The notes under the pieces were generated by a model. That model was not told where the DNA came from, made no database searches, and saw only the letters and a program-made list of their open reading frames with translations. A DNA stretch of 64,000 nt from Actinomycetota bacterium (GTDB lineage Bacteria; Actinomycetota; JAHEXW01). Positions 62,332 through 64,000 of the stretch are shown one piece after another (positions within the stretch are counted from its first letter, which is position 1; each line of letters begins with the position of its first letter). A program made the position numbers and the translations under genes. The DNA lies in the NCBI GenBank assembly GCA_041658625.1, contig JBAZZW010000001.1, positions 761,760 through 825,759 of the forward strand, read 5' to 3'.

Positions 62332-63359
62332 GCAGGCAATTTGTCACCGATTGTGAAGGACCTGTTTCATTAAACGATAACGCCATGGAGATGGCCGCGG
62401 AATTCATCCCGAACGGTGCCAAGTTTTTCACCAAAATCAGCCGTTACGACGATTATCTGGTAGATATCGTCCACAAGCCCGGGTATAAAGCCGGCGACAC
62501 CTTACGGCTGATTATCCCGTTCTTTAAGGCCTACGGGGTTACCAAAGCGATGATGGAGGATTATTCACGGCAGAATATTATGTTCGTACCGGGCGCGCAA
62601 GCGACTTTGCACCGGGTGCTACAGGAGATGGAAGCCTTTATCATTTCCACGAGCTATCACCCTTACATCCAGGCCTTATGTGAAGTGGCGGCATTCCCGA
62701 TCGAGAACACTTACTCCACGGAGATAAATATTGACCATTATGTCTTATCGAAAACCGACGAGAAGCGGATCAAGGAGATAAAAGAAGAGATCGACGAGAT
62801 GCCGGAATACGACCTTCCGCCGGAGGCCAAGCATTTTGACGAGCTGCCGGAAGAAAGCCGGAAAACGATTGCTCTACTGCAGCACGTATTCTGGGAAGAG
62901 CTGCCGAAAATGCACGCCGGGGCGCTTCTGACAAGCATAAATCCAATCGGCGGCCCGGAAAAAGCGCGGGCTTTGGACGATAGCTTGCTCCGAACCGGCA
63001 ATGAAATTTCCGAAGTCATGTACGTCGGCGACAGCATTACCGATGTCCAGGTTTTTCAAGAGGTGAAAAACGGCGGCGGCTTGGCCGTCTCGTTTAACGG
63101 GAACCGGTACGCGATCGACGCCGCGGAAATTGCCTTATACGGGGCGGGTACGCAGATAATCACGCTGGTGGCGGACGCTTTCACGGCGGGCGGAAAAGCC
63201 GAAGTAGGTCTATTGTTGAACAAAATGGATACCCACATGATGGGGAAAATCAACGCGCGCGGCGCTGTCATTATCAGTGAATCTGACAAGGAAAAAACGG
63301 TTCGAGAGAGCCAGGCTATGCGCAAAGAGATAAGAGGAATCGCGGGACAGCTCGGCTAG
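62328..63359 (+). CDS. HAD-superfamily-like protein of unknown role (EhaR-like, tentative)
   Basis: N-terminus FVTDCEGPVSLNDNA (DxE.. HAD motif I-like) and late YVGDSITDV (motif IV-like). Translationally coupled between the purN-like gene and purH. Confidence 0.45.
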   Translation: MSRQFVTDCEGPVSLNDNAMEMAAEFIPNGAKFFTKISRYDDYLVDIVHKPGYKAGDTLRLIIPFFKAYGVTKAMMEDYSRQNIMFVPGAQATLHRVLQEMEAFIISTSYHPYIQALCEVAAFPIENTYSTEINIDHYVLSKTDEKRIKEIKEEIDEMPEYDLPPEAKHFDELPEESRKTIALLQHVFWEELPKMHAGALLTSINPIGGPEKARALDDSLLRTGNEISEVMYVGDSITDVQVFQEVKNGGGLAVSFNGNRYAIDAAEIALYGAGTQIITLVADAFTAGGKAEVGLLLNKMDTHMMGKINARGAVIISESDKEKTVRESQAMRKEIRGIAGQLG

Positions 63360-63408
63360 TCGGAAGTGAATAGTGAGAAGTTGTAGTGACAGGTGAAGTG
63401 GAGGACAA

Positions 63409-64000
63409 GTGGATAAGGTAAAGATTAAGAGAGCACTGATAAGTGTTTCGGACAAGACGGGCTTGGTAGACCTGGCCAAGGTCTTAGCCAAATTCGGCGC
63501 CGAGATTATTTCAACCGGCGGCACAGCCAAAGCCTTGGAGGCTGAAGGAATTAAGACAATCAACATCTCGGACGTGACCAAATTCCCGGAAATGCTGGAC
63601 GGACGCGTAAAAACCCTTCACCCGGCCGTTCACGGAGGCTTGCTGGCCAGGCGCGACCTGCCGGAGCATATGAAGACGATCGAGGAGCATGGGATTATCC
63701 CGATTGACATGGTCGTCGTCAATTTGTATCCGTTTGAGGCCACGGTTGCCAAACCCGACGTGAAAAGGGAAGAGGCAATCGAGAACATCGATATCGGCGG
63801 ACCGAGCATGTTGCGAAGCGCCGCTAAGAACGCAGACGCCGTCGCAGTCGTCGTTAATCCGGAGAGATACGCGCCATTGATAGAAGAGCTGGAAGCCAAC
63901 GATGGAGCGCTTGGCCTGGCCACCAGGATGGAGCTTCAGAAAGAGGTCTTCAAAACGACGGCGTCTTACGACGCGGCGATTTCCCAGTATCTTGGCGACG
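63409..64000 (+). CDS. purH: bifunctional AICAR transformylase / IMP cyclohydrolase (5' part, runs off the window)
   Basis: [50 protein letters not shown] and [15 protein letters not shown]. Not in the ORF track because there is no stop within the window. Confidence 0.9.
   Translation, partial: MDKVKIKRALISVSDKTGLVDLAKVLAKFGAEIISTGGTAKALEAEGIKTINISDVTKFPEMLDGRVKTLHPAVHGGLLARRDLPEHMKTIEEHGIIPIDMVVVNLYPFEATVAKPDVKREEAIENIDIGGPSMLRSAAKNADAVAVVVNPERYAPLIEELEANDGALGLATRMELQKEVFKTTASYDAAISQYLGD

Noticed and set aside
1-64000. Scan of intergenic regions for tRNA, rRNA, tmRNA or RNase P genes.
   Set aside because: I saw no cloverleaf-compatible 70-90 nt segments or rRNA-like conserved blocks by eye. 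This is a weak negative and should be confirmed with tRNAscan-SE and Infernal.

Overview
GC-rich bacterial chromosomal segment. Spot counts give 34/60 G+C in line 1021-1080 and 18/60 in line 35821-35880. The backbone is housekeeping: a glutaredoxin-like gene with an FTR-rubredoxin fusion, two-subunit pyruvate carboxylase, and a nearly complete de novo purine set in two blocks (purA, purD, purE, purB, purC, purS, purQ, purL, purF, then purM, a kinase, a purN-like gene, a HAD-like gene and purH). It also holds typA, msrB, two RRM RNA-binding protein paralogs, a Moco/tungsten-type riboswitch locus and a cobalamin-riboswitch locus. Accessory material is interleaved with this backbone. It includes four type II toxin-antitoxin pairs (VapBC, two AbrB-PIN, HTH-Doc), two Fic genes, ORF6N genes in various states of decay, and an IS200/RAYT-like Y1 transposase flanked by inverted REP-like sequences. 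There are also several families of intergenic repeats, among them twin DUF559 cassettes inside the pur operon. The stand-out is a strongly AT-rich, translationally coupled five-gene operon at 33504-39557. It encodes an HKD(PLD)-nuclease/SF2-helicase fusion, a 60-65 aa protein, a Rad50/DndD-like ATPase with a central CxxC hook, a ~137 aa protein, and a radical SAM enzyme with a B12-binding-type N-terminal domain. It sits in a defence-island context next to a methyltransferase C-terminal remnant and the RAYT. I could not match it from memory to any named defence or DNA-modification system. I recognised no rRNA, tRNA or bona fide CRISPR array. All family assignments come from motif recognition by eye, not from database searches.
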